Assembly: GCF_006345805.1 (NCBI RefSeq)
Contig: NC_043002.1
Coordinates: 56,234,001 to 56,298,000 of the forward strand
Length of the DNA stretch: 64,000 nt
Direction of reading: 5' to 3'
DNA from: Octopus sinensis
Taxonomy: Eukaryota
The notes under the pieces are model-generated. The model was not told the origin of the DNA. It did no database searches and worked only from the letters and a program-made list of their open reading frames with translations. Each line of letters begins with the position of its first letter. The first letter of the stretch is position 1. This document shows positions 32,301 to 42,500 of the stretch, in pieces. The position numbers and the translations under genes are program-made.

Positions 32301-34110
32301 ACTAACCTCCCTCTAATCTTTCGTCAATTAACACAAAGCCATCCCACCCCCTCAGCTGAAGATGTCTTTTGTTTTGCAAATTACTCAGTGACCCTGTCAG
32401 TGCTGGTGCCACACAGAAAGCACCCAGTCCATCTTTGTAAAGTGGTTGGTGTTAGGAAGGATATCCAGCCACAGAAACTATACCAAAACAAACAATAGGG
32501 CCTGATGCAGCCCCCAGTCTTTATCAGCTCTGGTCAAACTGTCCACCCATACCAGCACAGAAAATAGATGTCAATGAATATAGCAGCACTCCGTCGAGGG
32601 TCCCAGCTGATATGATTAACAGCTTGCTCGTAAAATTAATGTGCAAGTGGCTGAGCACTCCACAGACACGCATACCCTTAATGTAGCTATCAGAGAGATT
32701 TAGCATGACAAGGCTGGTTCTTTGAAATACAAGTACCATTCAATTTTACCAGCTGAGTGGACTGGAACTACATGAAATAGAGTGTCTTGCTCAAAAGGAC
32801 ACAATACGTCACCAGGAATTGAACTCACAACCCTATGCGTGAGCCGAATGCCCGAACCACTTAGCCACATGCCTTCACCAATGATGAATATACTACTAAG
32901 TAAACAATTTTTTGTTTAAAAAATGCTATAACTTTACTCCTGGCTCTAAATTCTAGGGATTAAGCTACGGTCGAACTTGGAATTTCTCTATTTCTAATAT
33001 GAATTTTTTTTCTTTATCCTAAAATAAATTAGTAATCAAAAGTATTCCAACCATGATTATCTCTTCTTCTCTTGTATATTTAGGGACTCTAAGACGGTAA
33101 AAAAAAAAAACCAATGCCAAAAGAGACAGTAGAGCTTGAAATCCTCTGGCTTGCCAACTCCTGTCAAACCGTCCAACCCATGCCAGCAAGGAAAACGGGC
33201 ATTAAATGACAATGATGACTGTCCTCCTTTTAAAATGATAGGGTGTCATTACTAAGGAAATTTAGCTGCTATTTCTGGCAGTTCAAGTGTGGGGAGGACT
33301 CTCCTGTTAGTTTGTCTAATTACATCCACAAGTGTCCATATGTAAGTGAATGGAGCAACTGAAGACAAAGGAAAAGTGGATGGATCAACAGAGTTCATAA
33401 TATAACAAGGAGTACTTAACAGTCTGAGGAGAGCCACTCAACATTTCTGCTTAATAGTTCAAGTTCACTTTGCTTGTTGTCCTCTAGAATTAATATCTTG
33501 TAGCATCACACTTCTGAAACATTCATCTTATACAGTTGTATGTTTGTGTGTAAATATTTAAACCAATCAAATCATCCTGTCATAATTGAAATTCTATTCA
33601 AAAAGAGATTTATCAGATACTGACCCCACAAGATTGCTAATTTGTGAAATGCCAAACAAATAAGTTTTAACCTGTTCCTTACTGTATTTGTTTTGAGATC
33701 TGTATTTCTTTCAATTAATTTTAAATACAACAAAGAATTTAGTAAAATAACTTAGTTATCATGAAGCTAGTGTTAGGATCACAAATGTGGAAGATCTTAA
33801 TTCAAAACTTCTGAAAAGAAGACATCTGTACTTAGAGCTGGTTTCAGCCAGGTTGGTAATGAAAGGGTTAAGGGGTTGTATACGTCCACAAATTTATAAA
33901 GTTAACTTATTCTGTAAAAATCATCTGCTATTTCTCCATTTTAACAGGTACTATTTCCCAACATATGAAAATGACAACCTGTTATGTCAGTTAATGGATA
34001 ATACAATTCCTGAAGCTAACAACAGTGGAATGATGTCAGAAGACTGTGATTTCAAACCAGAGAACTTCTTACCTGAATGTATATTGAACGAAATCCTTTC
34101 AATTAATTGA
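1899..34110 (+). CDS. ZNF277: Zinc finger protein 277 orthologue, 5'-partial: join(1899..1990,5050..5114,10053..10098,19115..19247,21624..21691,27013..27112,29684..29776,31594..31718,33948..34110)
   Basis: Nine GT-AG exons splice in frame. Four C2H2-type fingers: CLFCREHF..HMAFDH, CLYCEKTFRDRPTLKEHMRKKQH, CLFCDFS..HMKDSH, CISCDKQF..HLHSSGH. Also the ZNF277-specific motifs FYQQVKLINYIRRQ and YYFPTYEND.LL (recognised from memory of human ZNF277). Confidence 0.95.
2161..2392 (+). mobile_element. tRNA-derived SINE, family B (GACTTTGCCTTTCATCCTTTCGGGGTCGATAAA core, Meta/Sauria-SINE-like). Other copies: 1-193(+), 3157-3358(-), 4350-4570(-), 6474-6635(+), 36130-36330(+), 46826-47010(-), 55815-56020(+).
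   Basis: Repeated conserved core, GAGTTCAAAT box B and an A-rich tail; the superfamily assignment is from memory. Confidence 0.8.
2645..2867. mobile_element. piggyBac-type MITE (about 225 bp). Same family at 33671-33867 and 39882-40102; degenerate relative at 43752-43988.
   Basis: TTAA|CCCATTTGTTACC...GGTATTGAAAGGG|TTAA: TTAA target duplication and about 13-bp TIRs. Confidence 0.8.
3374..3900. mobile_element. Probable piggyBac-type non-autonomous element
   Basis: CTAA|CCCATTAACTACC ... GGCTGACAATGGG|TTAA; imperfect TIRs. Confidence 0.4.
5050..5114 (+). CDS. ZNF277: ZNF277 exon (SELFNHMAFDHGFNVGQPDNL)
   Basis: tctcttcag|ATCTG...CTTG|gtgagg; 65 nt, phase 2 to 1; matches human NHMAREHAFNIGLPDNIV. 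Confidence 0.95.
5885..6272 (-). mobile_element. tRNA-derived SINE, family D. Partial copies at 32575-32880 and 53870-54130.
   Basis: Minus strand GGAGGCATAATGGCCTAGTGG (box A); body GTGGAGTGCTCAGCCACTTGCA(C/T)GTTAAT shared by three copies. Confidence 0.75.
6979..9726 (-). mobile_element. Degenerate full-length Tigger/pogo (CENP-B/Jerky-like) DNA transposon, interrupted by a family C element at about 7960-8405
   Basis: 25-bp TIRs CAG(C/G)TACATAATCCTTTATC(TG/CA)GAA and a left TA flank. Transposase remnants ..EQIYNADKTALY..DAKERLTIL..NAAGTHK.. (8659-9078) and an acidic C-terminus (7630-7860), with frameshifts and stops. Confidence 0.88.
7960..8405 (+). mobile_element. Family C non-autonomous retroelement (GTTAGGAAGGGCATCCAGC core, (GAT)n tail) with five units of about 65 bp
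   Basis: Tail GGACGTTAAACGAC/GATGAT; GTGCCRGTGGCAC-type units at 7963, 8028, 8092, 8158 and 8224; more than 20 copies in the window. Confidence 0.8.
10053..10098 (+). CDS. ZNF277: ZNF277 exon (VFVSEFLDKLQQKLD-N)
   Basis: ttgtctttgcag|TATTC...GACAA|gtaagt; 46 nt, phase 1 to 2; matches human EFLCTLQKKLDN. Confidence 0.92.
10297..10680 (+). mobile_element. Family C element, little diverged, with 67-bp VNTR units
   Basis: Units at 10297, 10364 and 10431; CpG-rich; (GAT)n tail at 10665-10680. Confidence 0.85.
11019..13028 (-). mobile_element. Helitron-like non-autonomous element, interrupted by a family C copy and microsatellites; contains a RepHel helicase C-terminal fragment (11688-11783, + strand)
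   Basis: Minus strand A|TCTGTATATATATAAGG at the 5' end and CCCGAGCAAAGCCAGG-ctatactg-CTAG|T at the 3' end (AT target). MFTHDQLYIAVSRAT..TENIVY resembles the PIF1/Helitron motif VI (FSHGQLYVA.SR) and the terminal NIVY. Confidence 0.65.
11866..12600 (-). mobile_element. Family C element with a higher-order internal repeat of about 186 bp
   Basis: Marker GGTTCAATTCGATT at 12198, 12384 and 12569; (CAT)n tail at 11866-11880. Confidence 0.85.
13158..13957. mobile_element. Palindromic MITE (about 90-bp TIRs, TA flanks) split by a solo LTR
   Basis: 13158-13250 is the imperfect reverse complement of 13866-13957 (CACAAG(A/G)G..CTACATCGCTAAAAAATAGAAGT..AAATATTTCTGTACCAC); both ends sit in TA. Confidence 0.8.
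13273..13865 (-). mobile_element. Solo LTR (593 bp), probably Gypsy/Ty3-type, antisense to ZNF277
   Basis: TG...CA termini (TGTAG...GTTACA on minus), exact 4-bp TSD TATC (13269-72 and 13866-69), minus-strand AATAAA at 13418-13423, CpG-rich U3-like part. Confidence 0.75.
14094..14177 (-). mobile_element. Helitron RepHel coding fragment
   Basis: DEYDHHWDMTLEEAIATNSPKQVRDLFA resembles the Helitron Rep-helicase linker (LLEDDxHWxxTLxEA..xSPxQLRxLFA). Confidence 0.55.
14465..14850 (-). mobile_element. Family C element with VNTR
   Basis: (CAT)n start on +, GATGCCCTTCCTAA-like core, repeated GTGCCACCGGCAC units. Confidence 0.8.
15293..16062 (-). mobile_element. Tc1-family transposon, 5'-truncated, frameshifted transposase
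   Basis: TA|CAGGGGTTGGACAAAATAATGGAAAC terminus; ..KPLLS..KRLEW..WKNVIFSDES..VKHGGGSVM..FQDDNAP..; WPPQSPDLN segment in a shifted frame. Confidence 0.9.
17200..17885 (+). mobile_element. Second Tc1-like transposase remnant (pseudogenised)
   Basis: LQWAQ..WKTVDISDESQY..RAWVWRR..CVVERDS*EG*SIMVWGGI..YINQVLRPH..VFQYDNA, with two in-frame stops. Confidence 0.85.
18886..19052 (+). repeat. Degenerate (CAT/CAC/CGC)n trinucleotide repeat just upstream of a ZNF277 acceptor
   Basis: Read directly from the sequence. Confidence 0.95.
19115..19247 (+). CDS. ZNF277: ZNF277 exon (LQCLYCEKTFRDRPTLKEHMRKKQHKRIKSNNTLYDKYYIINYL)
   Basis: cacaaaatag|TCTGCAG...TACTTG|gtaagt; 133 nt, phase 2 to 0; C2H2 finger. 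Confidence 0.96.
21624..21691 (+). CDS. ZNF277: ZNF277 exon (EIGKNWENFESSEEFSTDFDCE-E)
   Basis: tctttgtatag|GAAATT...GAAGA|gtaagt; 68 nt, phase 0 to 2; matches human ELGKSWEE. Confidence 0.92.
23112..23500 (+). mobile_element. tRNA-headed SINE-like element with a Penelope-like tail, preceded by an inverted 94-bp copy of that tail
   Basis: 23112-23205 is the reverse complement of 23379-23472; box A TGGCATAGTGG (23212), box B-like GTTTGATTCC (23257), (AAT)n, then CTGAT(G/A)A-ggctg..cagcc-AAAA. Confidence 0.65.
24186..24365 (+). repeat. Degenerate (GGT/GTA)n low-complexity tract
   Basis: Read directly from the sequence. Confidence 0.85.
27013..27112 (+). CDS. ZNF277: ZNF277 exon (NWDGWHDESGSTAVCLFCDFSSADADILLQHMK)
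   Basis: ttattctag|AAAC...ATGAAG|gtaagt; 100 nt, phase 2 to 0. Confidence 0.95.
28450..28759. repeat. Imperfect fold-back repeat (arms of about 85 bp) with a direct partial duplicate at about 28960-29155
   Basis: 28489-28574 is complementary to 28650-28737; outer AAAAGTGGA/TCCACTTTT. Confidence 0.7.
29684..29776 (+). CDS. ZNF277: ZNF277 exon (DSHGLDLNLLKKEHNLDFYQQVKLINYIRRQ)
   Basis: cttttcttgtag|GAC...CGACAG|gtaagc; 93 nt, phase 0 to 0. Confidence 0.96.
29859..29989. mobile_element. hAT-type MITE
   Basis: CAGGGTTGTGGAGT...ACTCCACAGCCCTG TIRs; 8-bp TSD GTTATGAG/ATTATGAG. Confidence 0.85.
30182..30672 (+). mobile_element. Internally deleted mariner element
   Basis: TA|CAAGGTCTGTTCAAAAAG...CTTTTTCATCAGACCTTG|TA; C-terminal remnant FQECFH*WKQCCIKCVASEGGHFEGD*. 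Confidence 0.85.
31594..31718 (+). CDS. ZNF277: ZNF277 exon (VHLLKCISCDKQFESKDVLMLHLHSSGHSQQIPKSNMWMQP-Q)
   Basis: tgttgttgccag|GTC...CCACA|gtgagt; 125 nt, phase 0 to 2. Confidence 0.94.
31868..32054. mobile_element. piggyBac-type MITE, second family; related copy at 51475-51681
   Basis: TTAA|CCCATTTGGTATT...AATGCTAAAGGG|TTAA. Confidence 0.7.
33948..34110 (+). CDS. ZNF277: ZNF277 terminal coding exon (YYFPTYENDNLLCQLMD...EILSIN*)
   Basis: ccattttaacag|GTAC; TGA at 34108-34110. Confidence 0.95.
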
Positions 34111-34560
34111 CAAAACAGCCCGACTCAATCACAGCAAACACAATTAGAAATAATGAAACCAACAAAAAGAAAAAATTTCTAAAAATTTGATTTTATTTGT
34201 TACAATCTGACTCAGCACCTCACCTTTATTTTGTCTGTCTTTTTTTTTCTTTCAAAAAAAAAAAAAATTTGCTTTTCAACTGAGGAAATATTTCTGATAT
34301 AGAAAATACTGCTGCAGTTGTTGTTATCAATCAACAACAGATGATGACATCAAGGCAGTGTTTAAAGGTATCTAAGACAGCAGATGAAGTCCATCAGCTT
34401 CTCTGTTTTATATTCTGCTACATTAGCACCGAATACTGTCCAGGAGTGAGTGAAGGCTTTCAGCCAGCACAGAATTGACTGATTTTTGTTTGTTTTTTTT
34501 TTAATCGAAAAGCTAACTTATTGGCAATTTTTGTTGCAAGAAATAGTAATTGATCCCAAC

Positions 34561-34596
34561 AATAAATTTGCACATTTTGTTCGTTTTATTTTTATT
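34561..34596. terminator. Candidate bidirectional polyadenylation region between ZNF277 and UBXN7
   Basis: AATAAA on + at 34561, AATAAA on - at 34585 and 34591, separated by a T/GT-rich spacer; other hexamers lie nearby and no transcript evidence is available. Confidence 0.35.
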
Positions 34597-35154
34597 TGGC
34601 TCTTTGCTTTCAGATTTTTTTTTTTAATAATTTTCTTTTCTAAAGCTCACTTTCTCTCCCATTTTAGCTTCAAGTAATCTTTCATTTGTGGCCAATAAAT
34701 TACCGAACGAACACAAAAGTATATTTACTGTTTTATGGTCTTGCTGCTACAACAACAGGATCATAAAGATAAACTTTCTTTTAGGTAGAACTTGGGCCCG
34801 GCAGCACGAAGTTAGATTTTAAGACAACTTGGAAGAAAGATTTTACCATTGTTAAAAAATAAAAAAAAAAAAGTTGGTCATGTTATTTGAAATTTGAACT
34901 CCCCCCCTCCCAAATCAATGTAACTGACCAGATTTCTTTGAAAAACGGAAATGGATTTTATTTTTTAAAAAATCTTCATTTCTCTTTCTTTTAGAATGAA
35001 ATGTTGTCTTTATATTTCTTTAACTTGTCCCAGGTCTGCTATGTTACTACTAAAAGTGTTCAGTTCAAAGCCACCCAGGGACGATCATGTGATTTGCTTT
35101 GACATTGTCAATGCAAATTGTGTGTGGTTTGGGTTTCCAATCATCAGCTGAAGA

Positions 35155-35313
35155 TCATCTCTCTTGGACAAAAACAGTATCTTGAGGGAAAAGACCAGCA
35201 TCTTTCAGAGAAAGATTTCTGTCATAAGTTGATAATTTTCTACGAGGGAAGTTAGTAATTAGTTCATATTTTTCATTTGAATATCCTTTCTCTTTTACAA
35301 ATTTTTCAAGAGC
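35155..35313 (-). CDS. UBXN7: UBXN7 terminal coding exon, UBX C-terminal half (ALEKFVKEKGYSNEKYELITNFPRRKLS...TVFVQER*)
   Basis: ttttcgtttag|GCT; TGA at 35157-35155. Confidence 0.96.
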   Translation of the reverse strand, partial: ALEKFVKEKGYSNEKYELITNFPRRKLSTYDRNLSLKDAGLFPQDTVFVQER

Positions 35314-38300
35314 CTAAACGAAAAAGAAAACAGAAATTAGCAACATAAAAATAAAAGCAATCCATTTCCCCACAAAATCATCTTTTAATGTCCGCTTTCC
35401 ATGCTGGGTTGGGTTGGACAGTTTGACTGGGGACAGGAAAACCAGAGGCTACACCAGGTCCCAATCTGATCTGGCATGCCCTTCCTAATGCCAACCACTC
35501 TATGTAGTGGGTGCTTCTTACATGCCATTGGCAAAGGAACTAGTCGGGGGGGGCACTGGCATCAACTGATACTTGGTCCCCATTAATTAGTGTCACTTGT
35601 CTTATGCACCTGCTGCCCTCCACTCCCTTCTTCCTCAGCTATTTCTTTTACCTCCTCCCCCCATATAGATTTTTTAACCATCAACCACATCTTCACCCAA
35701 GTACATCATTCACCTCACACTTTTATGAACGTACCCACCCTTCTCAGTCCATATTTTCCCCCCTCTTCTCACTTGTCCCATGAGAGAATACTCTTAGCAC
35801 CCTGTCACCAACATCTTTATCTCAAAGCCACTTCCCTCTCTACTGCAGCCCCACTCAGTTGAGGGGTGTTCCCCGCCTTGTCTGTTACTTGGTGACTTCC
35901 CTAATATCCAGTGTTATGGAAAGAAAACAAACACATCCAATACATGCTGTAAAGTGGTTGGAGTTAAGAAGGCCATCCAGCTAGAGAAACCATGACAAAG
36001 CAGGGCATTGCCCTCGACACAATTCTCCAGCTCCTTGGATCCTATTTAACTTCCCAATCCACAACACAATGGAAGACAGATTGGTAAACAATGGTGATAT
36101 GCCCTCCCTGTTCCCGTTATCTTCAACAATTAGCTGGCAAAAATGTTAGCATGCTAAGCGAAATGCTTGGCAGTATTTCATCTCTACGTTCTGAGTTCAA
36201 ATTCCCCCGAGGTTGAATTCACTTTTCATCCTTTCGGGGGTCAATAAATTAAGTACTAGTTACATACTGGGGTCGATCTAATCTACTTCCCCACCCCCCA
36301 AAAAATGTTGGGCCTTGTGCCTAGAGTAGAAATGAAATTAGTAAAAAAAAAACACCCAAATGGTATAAAAAAAAAAAGGAAAGTGCTTTCCTCTACAAAG
36401 AGGTTTTATCAAATGATTTCATAACCAAGAGATTTCTCTTCTGATAGATTACAGATAAAAAAAATTATTTTGGGGATTGGCAATCAATATATTCTATAAA
36501 GTGAGTGACATTAGGAAGGGTATCAGAGTGTAGAACAGAACTGGAGCATGGTGCAGCTTCTGTCAAACCGTCCAACCCATACCAGCATGGAAAGGAGGAT
36601 GTTAAATGATGATGACAATAACAAACATAGCAAGAGGATATTAAGTTTCACTTACCAACAATGGTGACGTACAAGGAAGTGATAACTGTTGTTTGTTGCC
36701 ATCAGGAAACCGAATCATTAGATTTGTGACAGGATCTAAAAAAAAAAGAGAAAACATATTAGTCAAAACCAGTAATTAATTGGCAACATGATCCTCATCG
36801 ATCACTTCTAAAGGGAAATGATACAAATTAAAACACTATTAAAAAAAATTTTTAAAGCTGTCATCATCAATTAATTTATAAACTGTGCTAATATTTCTGT
36901 CTAATCAAACTAACTACAGCCACAAATAAAATCATTTTGCTTGCAGGACAGGAGTGGCTGTGTGGTAAGAAGCTTGCTTCCCAACCACATGGTTCCAGGT
37001 TCAGTCCTACTGCGTGGCACCTTGGACATGTGTCTTCTACAACAGCCTTGGATTGACCAAACGCTTGTGGAAACTGAAAGAAACCCATTGTATACGTCTG
37101 TGTTGCCCGCCTCCCTCGTTTGGCAACTGATGGCATGTTTACATCCCTATAACTTAGCAGTTCAGCAAAGGAGACAATAAATACTAGGCTTACAAAAGGT
37201 AAGTCCTTGAGTCGATTTGTTCAACAAAAGGCGGTGCTCCAGCATAGCCACAGTCAAATGACTAAAACAAGTAAAAAAAAAAATAAAGACATATCCACCC
37301 CCTCCTAAATACACACAGTGACACATACTCTTTTCTTTACTCTTTTACTTGTTTCAGACATTTGACTGTGGCCACGTGGGAGCACCGCCTTTAGACAAAT
37401 CGACCCCAGGACTTATTCTTTGTAAGCCTTGTACTTATTCTATCTGTCTCTTTTGCTGAACTGCCAAGTTACGGGGACATAAACACACAAACATCAGTTA
37501 TCAAGTGATGGTGGGGTGACAAACATACACACACATGCAGTTTCTGTCTACCAAATCCACTCACAAGGCTTTAGTCAACCCAAACCTATAGAAGACACTT
37601 TACTCAAGGTGCCACACAGTGGGACTGAACCAGGAACCATGTGGTTGGTAAGCAAGCTACCTACCACACAGCCACTTTCTTTCAACATGTCAATCATTTA
37701 CTGCAGTATAGTAATAATTCTCTCTCTCATATATAAACAGTTGTCTTTGGTGCCAAATCACTTTGTCACTCCACACAATCTGTCTGTCAATGTTGTACAC
37801 AGAACTGACCACATTGCTGCTGCTATCTTTAACTGGAGGCCAATCCCATCACACCAAACATAGGTTACATAAAGATTCTTTATTCCTTCTAGCTCACCAC
37901 TGACATTGAAAGTATGGTAAACTCCAGAAAACTATTTCTTCAGCTGCTTATTTACAAGACAAATTTAATCCACTGATTGTAGCCAGCATTACATCCTATG
38001 ACACATTGCCATTCAAGTGAACAAACTTATCCACTACTCCTGAATAAGGCAGTATTTTTTAAACCAGCTACATCCAGCAAAAATATTCCACCTGTTTTAT
38101 GTTCAAACTGGCTAGATCAGGCTTCTTATGCTTGCCCTACAATGCCATTCCAAAGGTAAAACAATCATACAGGAATTTCAAAGCTACAAAATAATGTAGG
38201 ATTACTTCAAAACAATGTGAACAAGAGCGCAAACCTCCATCAAGGCAATGCCAACATCCTCTCAATGATTAACTGGAGATGATTTTTTAAAATGAGAATA

Positions 38301-39556
38301 TCTGAAACACTTAACTGTTCTCACAAACGAGAATACTAAAAATGAACCTTTCCACTCTCAAAAATTGAATAAAAAAAAAACAAGTAATCCAGAATCCTTC
38401 TCCAGTACCTGGTCAATGGTAGTCGTGGAATGTGAAGGTGGCTGTAGAAAATTTAGTAACAGTAATAAATAGTTTACCCTTATCTAATACAAGCCATAAC
38501 AGATTCACCATTCAAAATAGTTACAACCTAAAGGGAGATAATTGAGCAATACTTGACAGTTATGTAAGATCATAATCATGTAAAGTAAACAATTCCAGCA
38601 TGGAAGGTGTTTCGAAGCCATTTAAGAAACACACAAAAACCGTTAGATTCAGTACAACATTTAAATTCAATTTGCCAAAATATTTTCATTGCTTTGAGAC
38701 CGCGACCTGTTCGTTGACAAAATTCCGTGCTGCACGGAATTTTGGCAAATTAAATTTAAATGTTGAAGTGAATCTAATGGTTTTTGTGTTTCTTAAATGG
38801 CTTATAAACACCATCCATGCTGTAATTGTTTTCGTTCCAGCACACTCTCAGATCAGGTCACTTGCTATGCAGGTACATCTCTGTAATAACATGTAAAGTA
38901 AATATAAAAATAATCCAGAATCCTTGTCCTGAACCAGATCAATCCCAAAATCTTATCAGTTTGTGCCATCAAGAGGCCAAACATCCCTGAAAGTTTCATC
39001 CAAATCCATCCAGTTGTTCTTGAGATGTCCATGGACAAACAAACATATACAATTTCACTAAGAGGTAATATATAAGCATAAAATTTGACACAGTAATCTG
39101 AATGCTAAAGGATTAAATAAATTGAAATTTCTAGGCTGACCAGAAGTAAACAAACTGAATGAACAGCAGCACTTTGAGTCTAGTTTGTTTCATTGTGCAC
39201 TTGCTGAAATACATTTCATTCAGGGTTTCAAGTCGCATGTAAGAAACAGGTATATTTATTAGCTGTGATACGTTATACTTTAAAGAAACTGAGAGGATTT
39301 AGGACACACACCTGGTGTCCATATAAAGTTTTCTTGTTAAAATTCAAGTGCAATAAATTGGTCATATATCTATGATACACCAAGCATTTTAACATTAAAA
39401 TTCCTAATCGGAAATTTTAAACATGAAATGGCTGTGATGGTCCATCCCAGCAAAATAGGAATGAAAAGACCTCATAGGCAAAAAAATGATGGTGAGCCAC
39501 AAGGTTAGGACACATGTCCAACTTCAACATTTTAATCATTTCTGAATACTCTAAGG

Positions 39557-39595
<39 letters not shown>

Positions 39596-42500
39596 TTGGT
39601 GTTAGCACATCAGATAAAATATTTAACAGCAGTTTTTATCTCAATCTTTACATTCTCAGTTCAAATCTCACCCAAATCAACTTTGCTTTCCAGGGTGAAT
39701 AAATTAAAATTCCAGCTGAGTAATGGTGTCAATGCAACTGACTTACCTCTCTCACTCTAAAATTGCTGGCCTTGTGCTAAAATCTGAAACATTTCTGAAT
39801 ATTCCAAGTTGCAACCCCTGACAAAAAGTCATATTCTGGCTGGAACAAATTTCTCAACTGATTAGGGAAAGCGGGCGTTAACCCTTTCATTACCATATTT
39901 CTGTTGAGATGCTCTGTGTTTCTTTCAATCAATTTTAAATATAACAAAGAATTTAGTAAAATGACTTAGTTATCATTAAGCTAGTGTTAGGAACATAAAT
40001 TGAGACTAAGGTTTGGTGGAAGATTTTAATTCCAAACTTATGAAAACAAGACATTTGTACTCAGGGCCAGAGGAGGTTTCAACTGGGTTGGTAACGAAAG
40101 GGTTACACAACAACTACGACGATGATTCAAGCCATTAAGTGTAATCTGGCCAAGACACAACCATCTTCAGGTTTTAACTGAAACCAACAAAAACCAAACA
40201 ATATCGTACTTACCATCTTTAGAACCTAGATATGCCTTCCAACTACTACTACTACTACTGCTACTACTGGCTGTGCTGTCTTGTTTGCTCGACGCTGTTG
40301 TTGATGCCGTTGTTGTAGCTGTTGACTGTTTACTGGAACATGGTAATTCAGTGGTTTGTGAAGATGAAAAGATGGGTGATTTCAAAGTAGTTAAACTCTT
40401 ATAAACCGTGGCACTGGAGCTCGAAGACTGAGTACACGGCACACGTTTTGATTTGTTCTTAGATTCGGATACTTTTTCTAATTTAGAAAGCAAGTTTGAG
40501 CTGCCATGCGACTTTCTTTCAGATGTTTTAATCCGTTTGACTGGAGATGGTACGCTCTCCTCTTCTGAGCCAGTAAAGGTCTCCAAATCAATGTCGTATT
40601 CTGACCCTGAACCGTCAGATTCCGAAGAATGTGCATCTTGTTCCAGAGATGCTTTGATTGCTGCTTGCAGTTGAGCGTCTTCGCTTGCATCCACAATACT
40701 CATTTCCTAGCAACAGAAAATATTGCAATTGAATTAGTGAAAACATCTACAATTGTAAAGCATCTTGATCCTTTTATTCTTTTGCTTGATTCAGTCAGTT
40801 TGACTGCAGCTATGCTGGAGCATCACCTTTAGTTGAACAAATCAACTCCAAGACTTATTCTTTGTAAGCCTTGTACTTATTCTATCAGTCTCTTTTGCTG
40901 AACTGCTAAGTTACGGGGGCCATAAACACACCAGCATTGGTTGTCAAGCGATGTAGAGGGGGACACACACACACTCACACACATATATATATATACGATG
41001 GACTTCTTTCAGTTTCCGTCTACCAAATCCACTCACAAGGCTTTGGTTGGCCCGAGGCTATAGTAGAAGACCACTCTCTCAAGACGACCTCCACAGTGAA
41101 AGGCCTCATCATATTTGAATATACCCAAACATGTTAAACATGACTTTACACAAATATCTTTTTAAATCCAATGCTACTTCATGCAACATCATTCAATTTT
41201 AGCTTCATTAGGCTTTATTTTCACCAGCAACATTCTTCTGTGTTCTTTTAATAAAAATAGCTTCATTTTTATTCAAGCTGCAATTGACAGATCTGGCTCG
41301 TGTGGAACAACTCAGAAGCACGTGTGTGCTATAATCATCCACTGATGCCATTCACAGCCCCAAAAATGTGTTTCTACACATGTCTAGGTGGAGAGTTTTC
41401 TCCTAGGATTACCTCTGCAGAAAGGTCTTATCTTGTCAGAAAACACTGAGTCGGTTTGTGTATACCCTTGTCGTCACATCACTTAATGATTATAAATATC
41501 ACCATCATACAAGAAATGTTGTTTGTTTCTAGTCTTCTGCGAAAAAACATGTCAGCCCAAAGGAAATAGGTGAGAGTTGATAACAGAAAAAGCATCTAGC
41601 CGTAGAAAATCTACCTTAAATTCTAACTTGTGGAAGAATGGGAAAGTGGACATTAAAATGACAATGCATAAACACCTCATGCTTGCTGGTTGTTCTCTCT
41701 ATGCAGACCTCTATATGTGCTTGAATTCTAGTGACTATATTTAATACCAGCAGATACCATGTCCAATGGTAGAGCCATTAAATCACATTATATAAGACAA
41801 AAAGCAAAATCCTGCATATATATGAAATATTTCATATTCAGCAAAAAAAAAAAAAAAAAAATTACTTTTTTTTTTCTTTTTGCATTCCTGGACAGCTTCA
41901 TAACATTCAACCACATACAGCTTTTACTAGTTTCAGTTGTTATACTGCAGCCATGCTGGAGCACCCCAGTATGTTATTTTGTTTAAAAAAACCTGGTACT
42001 TGTGGAACTGCTAAATTATGTGATCATAAACACATACATGCAGAGACACGTGTGTGTACATGTTGGACTTCTTTCAGTTTCTGTCAACCAAATCCACTTG
42101 TAAGGCTTTTGTCAGCCCAAAGCTATAGTAGAAGACACTTGCTCAAGGTGCCATGCAGTGGGACTGAACCTGGAACCATGTGGTTGGGAAGCAAACTTCT
42201 TACCAGACAGCCATGCCTATGTCTAGATGAAAACTATTATTTTAGGAAGTAATGTACTTTTTAAAAAATACCCAATATGATACATTGAATTACATGGCAC
42301 AATCTGGTTGACTGTATGACAATTTTCCTTTCCCTGGTGGTAGGCTTTTCATCAAAAAGGGTCAAGCCAGTGGCAATGGACACCACTGGTATTCTTGGAC
42401 TCCATACCACATTTCTGCTCACTATCATCATTTAACATCTCCCTTCCATGCTGGCTTGGGTTGGACGGTTTGACAAGAGCTGGCCAGGCAGAAGACTGTA

